Shown one piece after another: positions 38,329-50,370 of a stretch of DNA of 64,000 nt. How positions within the stretch are numbered: the first letter of the stretch is position 1; each line of letters starts with the position of its first letter. The notes beneath the pieces were generated by a model. The model saw only the letters and a program-made list of their open reading frames with translations. It was not told where the DNA came from and did not search any database. The translations under genes were made by a program, and so were the position numbers. The stretch comes from the human T2T-CHM13v2.0 reference genome, Homo sapiens, in assembly GCF_009914755.1 (NCBI RefSeq), contig NC_060931.1, one strand, 5' to 3'.

Positions 38329-40414
38329 TTTTTATTTTTATTTTTAAACACAGTATTCTTTTTTAATACATTTCAAGCGAATCACTTAATGTGAGTGAGG
38401 CTGAGTTAGATGTTACCATAAGTATTAACAGAAGAAAAAGGGAAAGTAAAGACATTTTCCCTCTACCATAAAAGGGTCTGATGCAAGATAAACTAGCCTG
38501 TTGGTTTAACAATAGCTCGTTAAAAAGGCCAGACAATCTGGGAGAAGAAGATGTACTTAGAAGCACTATCCTTTGAAGGACCATTCCCAAGAGGACAGCA
38601 AAATATTGAAAAAATTAACTGGCTCAAAAATTATATTGAGAGATCAAGACAGTTAGCCACAGCTTAGAAAAATTTCCTGAATAAATAACACTAACTAGCT
38701 AGGTTAGTAGTTCTGATGTTTCCTTGGAGTTGTCATAGCACTCTGTGTGAACCAAAGGGACTACAAACTGATGCCCCTTTGAACAGAGTGATTTGAATAG
38801 ATTCTCCAGTGCACCAACTGTATTTTCAAGTATAATTCTGGTATTTGTACCTAGCAATACAGAAGAAAAAGCAGCAAGGAGAAAGTGTCAAGTATATAGG
38901 ACATAAGATGATTTTCCAGCCCTAGCTAGAATTCCCAATATGAATCTTTTTCATCAGGAAAACCACATTCTGGCTCAGTCCAAGGTAACACCGGAGGCAG
39001 TGATATTGATGGCTTGTTATAAGCAGGAGGCAACAGTGAAAGTACCGAATCCTGGCTTTCTTCTTTCATCTGTTTGAAGAAAACATGGGACAATAAACTG
39101 CTTGCTGATGGCCTTTTCTCCGGATCTTGTTGCAAACACAGCTGTACCCAGCTAAAGAAGGCAGGAGAGAAGGTTTTTGAGGATGGTGTGTGTAATCGGT
39201 CACTATTTACTGTGTGAGTTCCACTGGAGACAAGCACACTTGCTCCAATCCCAGAGTCTACACCTGACCGGGAATTTTTCATTTTGGATTCTGATTGAGG
39301 GAAAATACTGATATCCAATGGGCTATAAGGGGGACCTTTCAGTTTCTGTTAACAGCATCTGAGTTCTATGCACGTCCTGGAAAGGCACCTGCCCACTGGC
39401 TAATTCACATGTTGTAATCCCAACACTGTAAATATCTGACTTCACATTATACCCATGTAAATCCTGTCTCAGTAGTTCTGGACTCAGCCATGGCTGCACT
39501 AATGTGCTGAACTGTGGGAAATCATACACAGCCCTATGCCTCTGTCCATGCTTAACCAAACTATGCAGATGGGACAGGCCAGAGAGGGTCACTAGGCCAT
39601 CACCAGAAATGAGGATATGGCTGGCTTTAATTCTCCTGTGAATACAGCCATATTGGTAGAGATAGTTCAATCCTCTCACTGCTCCAAAGAGAATGTTTCT
39701 TATTAAAGTTTTACTCATTCCTTCAGGAAAATAGGTCCTCAAGAGTTGTCTTGCTGAACCATAGGCCATAAATGGAGAAATAACCCAAAGCCAGCTGCCA
39801 ACAGTGAAAACTGTCCAATAAGTTGTAATATTGGGATGCCGGAAAAAGTGGGATAGAATCATGGCTTTCTGTAAAACTTTCAGGCGTTCTTTATTGCCGT
39901 TTTCCAGATTTGTAATTTTTGTAGTTACCAGCGTTCCCGTAGGAGTATGCCGTGCTAGATGGACAGAAGTCAACTTGTCAAATCCTCTTCCTATTTCTAC
40001 TTGGAGCTCGTAGTGAGAAACGTTGGCGGAACATACTACTTCACTGGCTCTAGTGGATGGAGGCGACCAGGAAAGGGTTGGCTCTTCGACCAAGTATTGA
40101 TGGATACTGGTTTCAGACTTGTTTTTCATGTTTGAGTGATTCAACTTGTGTTCTTGAACTAAAGCTCACAGAAAGTGACAAAAATCCAAATATTCCAAAG
40201 AAGGCTTTTGTTTTATCTTCCTTTGAAGATGCAGATATATCCTACTTAGCGGCGACGACGGCCAGCGACTCCCTACAGGCTGCCAGTGGTGCGGACCTGG
40301 GCGGGTGCCGGAGCCCGGATCACAGAGGGGCAAGGCGAGCGCTCTAGGCCCACTCCTGGCGTGGGGCGCTGGAGGGTGGCAAGGCCGCGACAGGGGCTGT
40401 GGGCTTGGAACTCT
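38329..40414 (-). pseudogene. STRADBP1: Processed pseudogene of STRADB (STE20-related kinase adaptor beta)
   Basis: Intronless STRADB-like peptide (SETSIHQYLV...HYELQVEIGRG...DSYWEF*) broken by +1 frameshifts near 40120 and 39350. GC-rich 5'UTR; ATTAAA (- strand 38362-38367) and poly(A) remnant 38327-38345; degenerate TSD aaacataatgttctt (38314-38328) / aaacatagtattctt (40415-40429). Confidence 0.95.
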
Positions 40415-41099
40415 AAACATAGTATTCTTACGTAGCCAACTGGAATATCTGGTCAACCGTGAGAGCTTTGGGAACCTGCCTCTCACCTCAAGAAACCTCC
40501 AGAGCAGATTGGAACCATCCACTGGGTAAATTCTGGAAAATCTGTCTCTGCCTGAGACTGGGGTAGGAGGATGTGGGGTAGAGAGGAAGGTGGGGAAGGG
40601 ATGTAGGATCTATTCCTTGGGTGCATCTTTACTTGTTAGGTCATGCATATTTTCAAACTTGGAAGAATTATACGAAAAGCAACTAGAGAAACTATGTGTT
40701 CATGGGCAGATTATTTTTCCAGGCGTCACCTTCCTTTTTTTCCCTTGGTTCCTAATGATTTAGACTCTGCCTTTGAGCCTCAGTGCTGTTAACTTTTGAA
40801 TGAGTAACTTGAGGCCTTCCTGAAAGACTATAATAAAAAACCCATATTATACAATCACTAAGAACCCCCAGCTCTACGCTTGGAAATGGCAAGGTATATG
40901 CCTGTCTCTCTTCTTCCCCAAATCACCCCTCAGCCTCCCACTCCACCCTGGGAAGACAATCAGGTCCTGTGCCTTGTTTTCTAGGCAATATTTGGGTCAT
41001 TTAATAAGGCTCTTTTGCATCCATCACTATAACCTGAAGCGAAAAATGTAGCTTTGGAAATGGTGTTTATAGCAGGCCCATGGGCAAAACGTTTCAACC

Positions 41100-41240
41100 G
41101 GGCAAAACTGAAGCAATCACCAGATTATGGAGCCGTATTTCTGTTTCTTTAAAGACAAACATTTTTGTGTGTGTGGCTCCACCCAGCCTGAGCTTCCTGA
41201 CTGAGAGGTTTTGGTGGCGGTACAGACACTTTTAACTCAC
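41100..41240 (+). promoter_or_regulatory. GIMAP7: GIMAP7 proximal promoter (TATA-less)
   Basis: Directly upstream of the non-coding first exon; ETS core (cttcctg), CACCC box, RUNX-like tgtggc and forkhead-like acaaaca. Motif function is inferred. Confidence 0.55.
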
Positions 41241-41312
41241 AGTAAAAGCAAAAGCAACAGCTCAAGCAGCCTCCTTGGAGAAAACCTGAAAATTCAACTT
41301 GTTCAAGAGAAG
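41239..41312 (+). other. GIMAP7: GIMAP7 non-coding exon 1 (start approximate)
   Basis: Strong donor GAAG|gtgagc at 41312/41313; fits the known two-exon GIMAP7 structure. Confidence 0.7.
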
Positions 41313-42090
41313 GTGAGCCTGGCTGAGAAGAGGGTCTGGTGCTATTGGGCTGCGAAGGGCAGTGGGGACAGGGTGTGTGGCTGGAGTGGACTCTGCCCTT
41401 AGGAGGGACAAGGCACTGTGCTAAGCAGCACTGCATAGAAGGTGCTGTGGGAGGGGTGAGTAGAAGGGGAGTGAGGAGATTTGTTTGCATGGAGCCCATG
41501 CATCTCATATGTAACAGGACACACATGGCTGCATAGTGCACCCTCCACTCACTGGCTGTTGTGATAGACACAGAGTGTTGCCTGATAACCTTCATAAGAA
41601 ATTAAGGGCTCCTAAGACAGATTTGTAAAGGTGACAGGCAATTTAGAGTCCACCTGTCTAAGTCCCTCTTCTTACAGAAAAAGAATCAGAATCCCAATCC
41701 CAGAGATTTTGATGATTCTCCAAGGGGTACCCAGATCACTCATGGCGGAGGAACACTAGAATTCAGTCTGCTGACTTTTTCCAGCATTAAGCAGAGACAA
41801 GCTGTGTCCCTAACAGTGTAACATGTGGGGCTGCTGCGCCATTCAGTACAAAAAGAGTTGCCATAAAAGACCTTTATAGAAATCACTCTATGAAAGCCTA
41901 AGGACAACCCTGCAAGATTGGTTTTATTTTCCTTTTTTATAGCAGAGGGAACTGGATCTCAAGGAGCTACGAAATTTTCTAGAACCGGTGGGTCTGGCCA
42001 CAGTTTAGAACTGTTCACCTCTGTTGTAAATGCTTTTGTCATTTCTCAGCCTTTCTCTTAGCTGGAGGTCCTCTGGATCTTCCAGGAACC

Positions 42091-42143
42091 ACTTGAGAAA
42101 GTTTTAAAACTTGAGAAAGTTTAAAACTTGAGAAAGTTTTAAA
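42091..42143. repeat. Three-copy 17-18 bp minisatellite acttgagaaagttt(t)aaa
   Basis: Copies start at 42091, 42109 and 42126. Confidence 0.9.
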
Positions 42144-42364
42144 GTGATATTTCTGACCATCTCTCTCACGTTTGGCTTCTCAATATGAGAGAGATGGAAA
42201 AGTCCACGAGAAATGCGGAGCCCTCCTCACGGTTCCCTTATAACAGGCTGGCTCCCAGCTCACCTTTTTGCAGAAAGCGTGGATCATCTCCTTTGCCCTC
42301 CACTGGTCTATCTCTGTGCCATGTCAATGAAAATTTAGAATCATGGCCTGAGAGTAGCCAAGAA

Positions 42365-42620
42365 CAGGCAGTAGAGTGCACGGTTAAGAGTGAGCATGGT
42401 AGATTCAGACAGACTTTGAATCGAATGTCTTCTCTGCCCAATACCTCTTAGCACAGTGACCAGGGGCATGTTTCCCAGAATTTTTGAGCCACACCAGCTT
42501 CCTCATTTAAAAAATTAGAATAATAAAATTAGTTTCACTGTAGAGTATTTTTGAAGAATAAACGAGATATACAAAACATGTTTTATCAGGGTGTTCTGAT
42601 ATGCAGTCTCTGCTCGATAG
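42365..42620 (+). mobile_element. MIR (further weak MIR pieces near 41630-41780 and 41880-42040)
   Basis: ggttaagagtg...agcttcctcattt-aaaa...aataataa. Confidence 0.55.
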
Positions 42621-42639
42621 TGGTTACACTATACATGGG

Positions 42640-45600
42640 TTAATTTTTTTATTTGTGAAAAATTTATACTTATTCAAAGGTAAAAACAATATAAGGAACT
42701 TCCATGTACCTATATTAAAATCTCACAGTTATCAATTTATGCCAGTCTTGTTCAAATATCTGCTCCTATTCTCAACTCTATCACAGATTATTTTGAAGCA
42801 AATGTCAGACATTACATCATTTTATCAGTAAATATTTGAGTATGTGTCTCTGAAAGATAAAGACCATTTAAAAACATTTCCACAATTTCATAAACAGCCT
42901 TCAAAAGGCAACTATAAATTTTAATACTACCAGTTGTATTCAGATTTCCCTGAAGATCTCATAATTTTTAAAATTGTTTGAGGTAGGATCTAAGTAAAAT
43001 TCATACATTACAATTGTTTGACATCTCTTATGTTTCACTTAATGTGTAGGTTTTCACCTTCCTTGTTTCTTTGTGTTAAATTTCTTTGTTTAAGGAAGGG
43101 AAGGTCTTTTGTCCAACAGAACTGGGCAGTATTCATACTGCTGATTGCATCCTAACAATGTCATTTAACATTCGCTTCTAGCTCCAGTGTTTTGTGTGAA
43201 TTTATATGAATGGGGAGGTTGGATCAGATTAAAGTTTGACTTTGTTTTTTTAGTGGGAATACTTCATAGATGCTATCCTAAACTTCTATTAGAAGGCACA
43301 TATGTTTGAATGCCTCTCTTTTTGTGATGTTAGCAGATGTTAATGATTGTCTAGAATGAATTTGTTTCATTAAAAGTTACCAAAAGATGATATTCTATCA
43401 TTCTTTATTTATTTATTAGATGGAATAGTCATACACAAAGGAACTTTCATTCAGTGATTCTTTCATTTTTGTGAGATATAGTTAAAAGATGAGATGTATG
43501 AAAGACAAAATAAATGCTTCTTTCCCTTTAGTTGTCAATGTTCAGAATGATGAGTCACTTTCTTAGCATACTCCAAAGGGAGCAATTAACTTCTTTCAGG
43601 AAGATGGTGTTGTTATCAACTACTGGATTTCAATATATTTGGTATATTTTAATCCATTGGAATAATCTTTATTAATGATGCTCAAATTATTCCATCTTTG
43701 TCCAGTTGGAACCTCTTTAAGGTAGCTTCCAAGCCCTTCTGATAAAACTAAGTAATTTTTTATAGCATCCCTACTTTCTAGTATGAAAGATGTTGTAGGC
43801 TAAACTTGTATGTTTACTGGCCCAGACCTGGAATCAGTACTTTTTCCTAGTAGTCCTAATTTCTTTTGTGGGAAATACCATTTGAAGATCACAATCTGGG
43901 CATTAAGTGCACTCACTGCTACTTGGCTGACCATGGTTTATGCCTTTTAGATGGACTTCAAAACAGTACACACACACACACATACACACACACACACAGT
44001 GAAATTATTAATACTACATTTTCAAGCCTTTCAGGACAAATCTTTGTGTGGTTCATCCTTGACACAAGATACAGTTAGGTTTATTTGTTCCGTTTCTTTT
44101 AACTTTTACTGGTGTTTTAAAATATAATTTTTATTGTATAATTATGTAAACTATTTAAATGTTCTCAAGATCAAATTTGCAAAAACAAAGGATATTCAAA
44201 GAAGTCTAATGACCATTTTCTGTTCCTGTCCCTTGTACCTTGTTTCTCTCATCTTCATATAAATAATTCTTTTGTTTAGTTTTCAAATGGTTCTGCCATT
44301 GCTTTTTCACATGCACATAAAAATTATTTATATATATAAAACTAATATTCCTTCTTCTTATATAAATGATAGTAAACTATACATTATTTTCTTCACTTGG
44401 CTTTTTTTCACTTAGCAGTATATCACAGAGATCTCTTCATACTGGTATATAGATATATTTCTCATTCCTTTTTGCAGTTGGATTGTACTTTTCTGTATGA
44501 ATATTCCTTAGTTTATTCAACTGGTCCCCACTGATGGGCATCATTCCTTTCTGTATTTTTGTCAGTGCAGCTCTGGGATAAATCCTAAAATCGGGATTGA
44601 TAATCAAAGAGTAAATGCATGTGTAATTTTTCAAGGTATTGCCACCTTCTCCTCTATAGGTGTTAGGTTGTTTTCCCCTTCACACTAGTCATGCAAGAAA
44701 TTATCTGTTTTCCCCATACCTTTACCACCAGATTATGCTGGGAAATGGATTTTTGCCATACCTATAGTAGAGAAATAGTGATCTCTGAGAATTTTTTATT
44801 TTTTCTATGTTTTTAATTATTTTTCTCTATTGTGAATGAACTTGGATATCTTTTTATGTATTCAAGGATAATTTATATATTTTTTTCTTTGGCCGTGGGT
44901 TCATATCTTGCCCGATTTTCTATCAAGTCATTGGTCTTTTGTTTCTTTACTTTTAGCTATTCTTCATACAGTGGGAAAAGTAGCCCTCTTTGAGATAAAT
45001 CGGAAAAAATGTTTTCCTAGTTTGATATTTGTGTTTTAATTTGCCTATGGTGTTGTATGCCTTACATAATTTTTTGGATTTTTGTGTAATCAAACTTATC
45101 AGTCTTTTCCTTATACTATTTTAAATCTTAGTTATTAACATCCTCCCCACTCCCAGGTTACAAAAAATTTACCCGTGTTTCTCTTATTATTTATATGGGA
45201 TAGTTTTTGCATTCAAATTTCTGATCTATTTGGAATTTGTATGATATGAGGAATTGGAGGCAATTTTATCTTTAAAATTGCATCCAATTATATGGTGGTA
45301 TAGTTATTTCAGTGTTGCTAATAAAAGTGTCCATCATCTTTCCCATTGGTATGAGGTGTTGCTTCACAGAATGTAAGTTAATGTAATTGAATGGAATATA
45401 AATGAACATAAAATGAGCAATGGCCTATTTGTGAATTCTCTGTTTCTGTTTCATGGCCTGTCTCTAGTCACTCACCAATATCACACTGCTTTAATTATAG
45501 AGATTATAATATTTAATTGTCTGGTAGAGCTAGTCTTCCCCTGTTCTTCTTTTCCTTGATTGTCTAGGCTAACTTGCATTTTCCTTCATCTGAATGAACT

Positions 45601-46200
45601 TTATAATCAACTATTTTAGTTCCAGAAAAAAAGATGACAAAATTGAAAAAATTATATTTGTATAAAATCATGTTAAAGAAATAGATATTTTTTCTGTTCT
45701 ACAAACTACCGTAAACATGAATCAGTGTTAAATTTGGCCAAATATCTTTCCTGCATCTAGCTAATTTTCTTCTTAACCTATTAACGGGATGTGTTGTAAC
45801 AATCAACATTCTCATATTGACCCACCATAGTATTTCTGAAATAAATCACACTTAATCACAGTCTATTATTTATTAGTGTCTAATAATTTATTTAGGATTT
45901 GTATATTAGTATTCACAAATGAGACACATCTTTAGTTTTCTTTATTGATGAAATATTTGTCAGCCTTTGGAATCAATATACTTGCTTCATAGAAAAAAAA
46001 AGTAACTTTTTCCTTCTTTTTATATGGCCAGGAGCAGTTTTAGGTAGCTTTGAGATCATCAGATCTTAAAAGGTTTAATAGAATTCACCTGTGAAACCAT
46101 CTATACCTGGTACTACTTTGTGGGGAAACTCTTTAACTGCTTTCTCTATTATTTCGTCCATATTAATCGGACTATTTCATTTCTGTCTTTACTGTGATTA
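42640..46200 (-). mobile_element. Old L1MC/L1ME fragments filling GIMAP7 intron 1
   Basis: AT-rich antisense L1M motifs (cttttttcacttagc, gaattcacctgtgaaaccatct). Confidence 0.6.
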
Positions 46201-46358
46201 ATATGGATAATAGGATATTACAAATTTTCAGGAAGAAAGAGAAAGCAGAAAAGAAGGTTGGGAATGGATCTCACTTACTAAAACTGGCTTTTTTTCCCCT
46301 ATCTTCCCCTCCTTAAGGTCTTGTACGTGCCTAAGTTCTAGAGCCTCCTGACGTGAGC

Positions 46359-47261
46359 ATGGCTGAGAGTGAGGACCGCTCCCTGAGGATCGTTCTGGTA
46401 GGGAAAACTGGAAGTGGGAAAAGTGCAACAGCGAACACCATCCTTGGAGAGGAAATCTTTGATTCTAGAATTGCTGCCCAAGCTGTTACCAAGAACTGTC
46501 AAAAAGCATCCCGGGAATGGCAGGGGAGAGACCTTCTTGTTGTGGACACTCCAGGGCTCTTTGACACCAAGGAGAGCCTGGACACCACCTGCAAGGAAAT
46601 CAGCTGCTGCATCATCTCCTCCTGCCCAGGGCCCCATGCTATTGTCCTAGTTCTGCTGCTGGGCCGCTACACAGAGGAGGAGCAGAAAACCGTTGCATTG
46701 ATCAAGGCTGTCTTTGGGAAGTCAGCCATGAAGCACATGGTCATCTTGTTCACTCGCAAAGAAGAGTTGGAGGGCCAGAGCTTCCATGACTTCATAGCAG
46801 ATGCGGATGTGGGCCTAAAAAGCATCGTCAAGGAGTGCGGGAACCGCTGCTGTGCCTTTAGCAACAGCAAGAAAACCAGTAAGGCAGAGAAGGAAAGTCA
46901 AGTGCAGGAGTTGGTGGAGCTGATAGAGAAAATGGTGCAGTGCAACGAAGGGGCTTACTTTTCTGATGACATATACAAGGACACAGAGGAAAGGCTGAAA
47001 CAACGGGAAGAGGTTTTGAGGAAAATCTACACTGACCAATTAAATGAAGAAATTAAACTAGTAGAAGAGGATAAGCATAAATCAGAGGAAGAAAAGGAGA
47101 AAGAAATTAAATTACTAAAATTAAAATATGATGAAAAAATAAAAAATATAAGGGAAGAAGCTGAGAGAAATATATTTAAAGATGTTTTTAATAGGATTTG
47201 GAAGATGCTTTCAGAAATATGGCATAGGTTTTTGTCGAAATGTAAGTTTTATTCTTCCTAA
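46359..47261 (+). CDS. GIMAP7: GTPase IMAP family member 7 (300 aa, single coding exon)
   Basis: Acceptor ...cttcccctccttaag|G at 46317/46318, ATG at 46359; [31 protein letters not shown] (R103), TRKEE, C-terminal coiled coil; stop TAA. Confidence 0.98.
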   Translation: MAESEDRSLRIVLVGKTGSGKSATANTILGEEIFDSRIAAQAVTKNCQKASREWQGRDLLVVDTPGLFDTKESLDTTCKEISCCIISSCPGPHAIVLVLLLGRYTEEEQKTVALIKAVFGKSAMKHMVILFTRKEELEGQSFHDFIADADVGLKSIVKECGNRCCAFSNSKKTSKAEKESQVQELVELIEKMVQCNEGAYFSDDIYKDTEERLKQREEVLRKIYTDQLNEEIKLVEEDKHKSEEEKEKEIKLLKLKYDEKIKNIREEAERNIFKDVFNRIWKMLSEIWHRFLSKCKFYSS

Positions 47262-47457
47262 TTTACTGTGATTTGTTAATGGATGAATTGTATTTTGCAA
47301 AGATAGAGAAATACCTCCTTCCCCTTAGCTTTATTAAGGTATCATTGATAAATAAAAATAAAATATGTTTAATGTATATAATGTGATTTTTAAATATATA
47401 TATATATATATACACACATTGTGAAATAATAAAATAAAGGTAATTAACACATCTAGC
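47262..47457 (+). other. GIMAP7: GIMAP7 3'UTR with AATAAA signals (end approximate)
   Basis: AATAAA at ~47351 and ~47357, 47428-47433 and 47433-47438. Confidence 0.65.
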
Positions 47458-48564
47458 ACCTCTCGGTTACTATTTTCTTTGGTGTGGTGAGAACATTTAA
47501 GGTCTACTCTCTTAGCAAATTGCAAAAATGCAATACAGTATTATTAAGTATAGTCATCATGCTGTATGTTAGATCTCCAGAGGAGGTTATTCATCCTGCG
47601 TAACTAAAGTTTTGTACCCTTTGACCAACATTTCCCCATTTCCCCCAACACCCAGTCCCTGGCAATCAACATTCTATTCTTTGCTTCTGTGCATTCTACT
47701 TTATCAAATTCCACATGTAAGTGAGATCAAGCAGTGCCTGTCTTTCTGTGCTTAGCTTACTTTACTTAGCATACTGTCCTCTGGGTTCATCGATATTGTT
47801 GCAAACGACAAGATTTACTTCTTTTTCAAGGTTGAATAATGTTCCTTTATTAATGGAATGTTAATAATGCACTGCATTTTCTTTATTCATTCATCTGTCC
47901 ATGGACGCACTTGGGTTATTTCCATATCTTGGCTATTGTGAATAATGTTGCAGTGAGCCTGGGAGTGCAGATATTTCTATAATAATGCTCATTGCAGCAT
48001 TATTCACAATGGATAAAAATATATTTCAGTGGAATATATATATAGTCGTTTATAAGCCACCTAGTTTATGGTATTTTTATAGCAGCCCAAATGGACTAAT
48101 ACCTAAAGGAAATGAAATATATCTTTATCCACTGGAATATATATATATATATATTCAGTGGAATGTGTATATTCAGGGGTCTCTCTTCAGCCTCTTTTAT
48201 GAGGGCATTAATTTCATTTCTGGAGCTTCTGCCCCCATGACCTAATCACTTCCCTAGGGCCTACCTCCTTATACCATCACACTGGGGGTGAGGATTTCAA
48301 CATATGAATTTTGGGGGGACATAATCATTTAGACCATAACATTCTGTTCCTGGCTCCCCAAAATGTATGCCCTTATCACATGCAAAATACATTACTTTCA
48401 TCCCAGTAGCCTCAAAAATCTTGTTCCAACATCAATTTTAAAATGTAACTCCAAAGTCTCATCTAATTATCATCTAAATCAGATATGGGTGAGACTTAAG
48501 GTACAATTCATTCTGAGGCAAATTGCTTACCAGTTGTGAATCAGTGAAATCAAGTATATTATGA

Positions 48565-49062
<498 letters not shown>

Positions 49063-49099
49063 CAAGATTTCTTACCCATGTATGATTTTTATAATACTA

Positions 49100-50173
49100 T
49101 GTATCGGGGAACCTGCCCCGATAATCACGTAGGTTCTTTTCTATATTTCCTAAGCGTCGGCTGGCTTGAGAAATAAAGGGACAGAGTACAAAAGAGAGAA
49201 ATTTTAAAGCTGGACATCCGGGGGAGACATCACACGTTGGTAGGATCCGTGATTCCCCACAAGCCACAAAAACCAGCAAGTTTTTATTAGGGATTTTCAA
49301 AAGGGGAGGGAGTGTGCAAATAGGTGGGGGTGACAGACATCAAGTACTTAACAGAGTAATAGAATATCACAAGGCAAGTGGAGGCAGGGTGAGATCACAG
49401 GACCACAGGACTGAGGCAAAATTAAAATTGCTAATGAAGTTTTGGGTTCCATTGTCATTGATAACATCTTATCAGGAGACAGGGTTTTGAGATCAACTGG
49501 TCTGACTAAAATTTATTAGGCGGGAATTTCCTCTTCCTAGTAAGCCTGGCAGCGCTATGGGAGACTGGAGTTTATTTCATCTCTGCAGCCTTGACCATAA
49601 GAGACGACCACGCCCCCTGGGGAGCCAGTTCAGAGACCCACTCCCAGGTGCGCATTCTCTTTCTCAGGGATGTTCCATGCTGAGGAAAAGAATTCAGTGA
49701 TATTTCTCCCATTTGCTTTTGAAAGAAGAGAAATATGGCTCTGTTCCACCTGGCTCACCGGCGGTCAGAGTTTAAGGTTATCTCTCTTATTCCCTGAACA
49801 ATTGCTGTTATCCTGTTCTTTTTTCAAGGTGCTCAGATTTCATATTGCTCAAACACTCCTGCTGTACAATTTGTGTAGTTAATGCAATTATTACAGGGTC
49901 CTGAGGCAACATACATCCTCCTCGGCTGACAGGATTAAGAGATTGCAGTAAAGACAGGCATAGGAAATCACAAGGGTATTGATTGGGGTAGTGATAAGTG
50001 TCCATGAAATCTTCACAACTTACATTTAGAGATGGCAGTAAAGACAGGCATAAGAAATTATAAAAGTATTAATTTGGGGAAGTAATAAGTGTCCATAAAA
50101 TCTTCAAAATCCATGTTCTTCAGCCATGGCTTCAGCCGGTCCCTCCGTTTGGGGTCCCTGACTTCCCGCAACA
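49100..50173 (-). mobile_element. MER11 (HERV-K11/HML-8) solo LTR, MER11C-like
   Basis: Minus strand begins tgttgcgggaagtcagggaccccaaacggagggaccggctg and ends ...ggttccccgata; 1074 bp; 6-bp TSD actatg at 49094-49099 and 50174-50179. Confidence 0.92.
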
Positions 50174-50370
50174 ACTATGCATTGATCATTTGGAAATACT
50201 GACTCAGTTATGCAGATAATCAAATAATGACAGATTTCATTATATACTTACAGCAGCTGATACAAGCTGTCTAAAATTTTTGCTTAAAATCTAGGAACTT
50301 TATCATTGACCATAAATACTACCACTATTTTCCCTAAAGCAAAGGCTCACTGTTTTCAAGAAAATGTCTG
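50174..50370. mobile_element. Charlie1-like fragment (also 48751-48762 and 49063-49099)
   Basis: atgcattgatcatttggaaa...agttatgcagat...tttcaagaaaatgtctg matches recalled Charlie1. Confidence 0.6.

Noticed and set aside
46353-46358. Two extra N-terminal residues for GIMAP7 in the ORF track
   Set aside because: That start is GTG; the ATG at 46359 gives the 300-aa protein.
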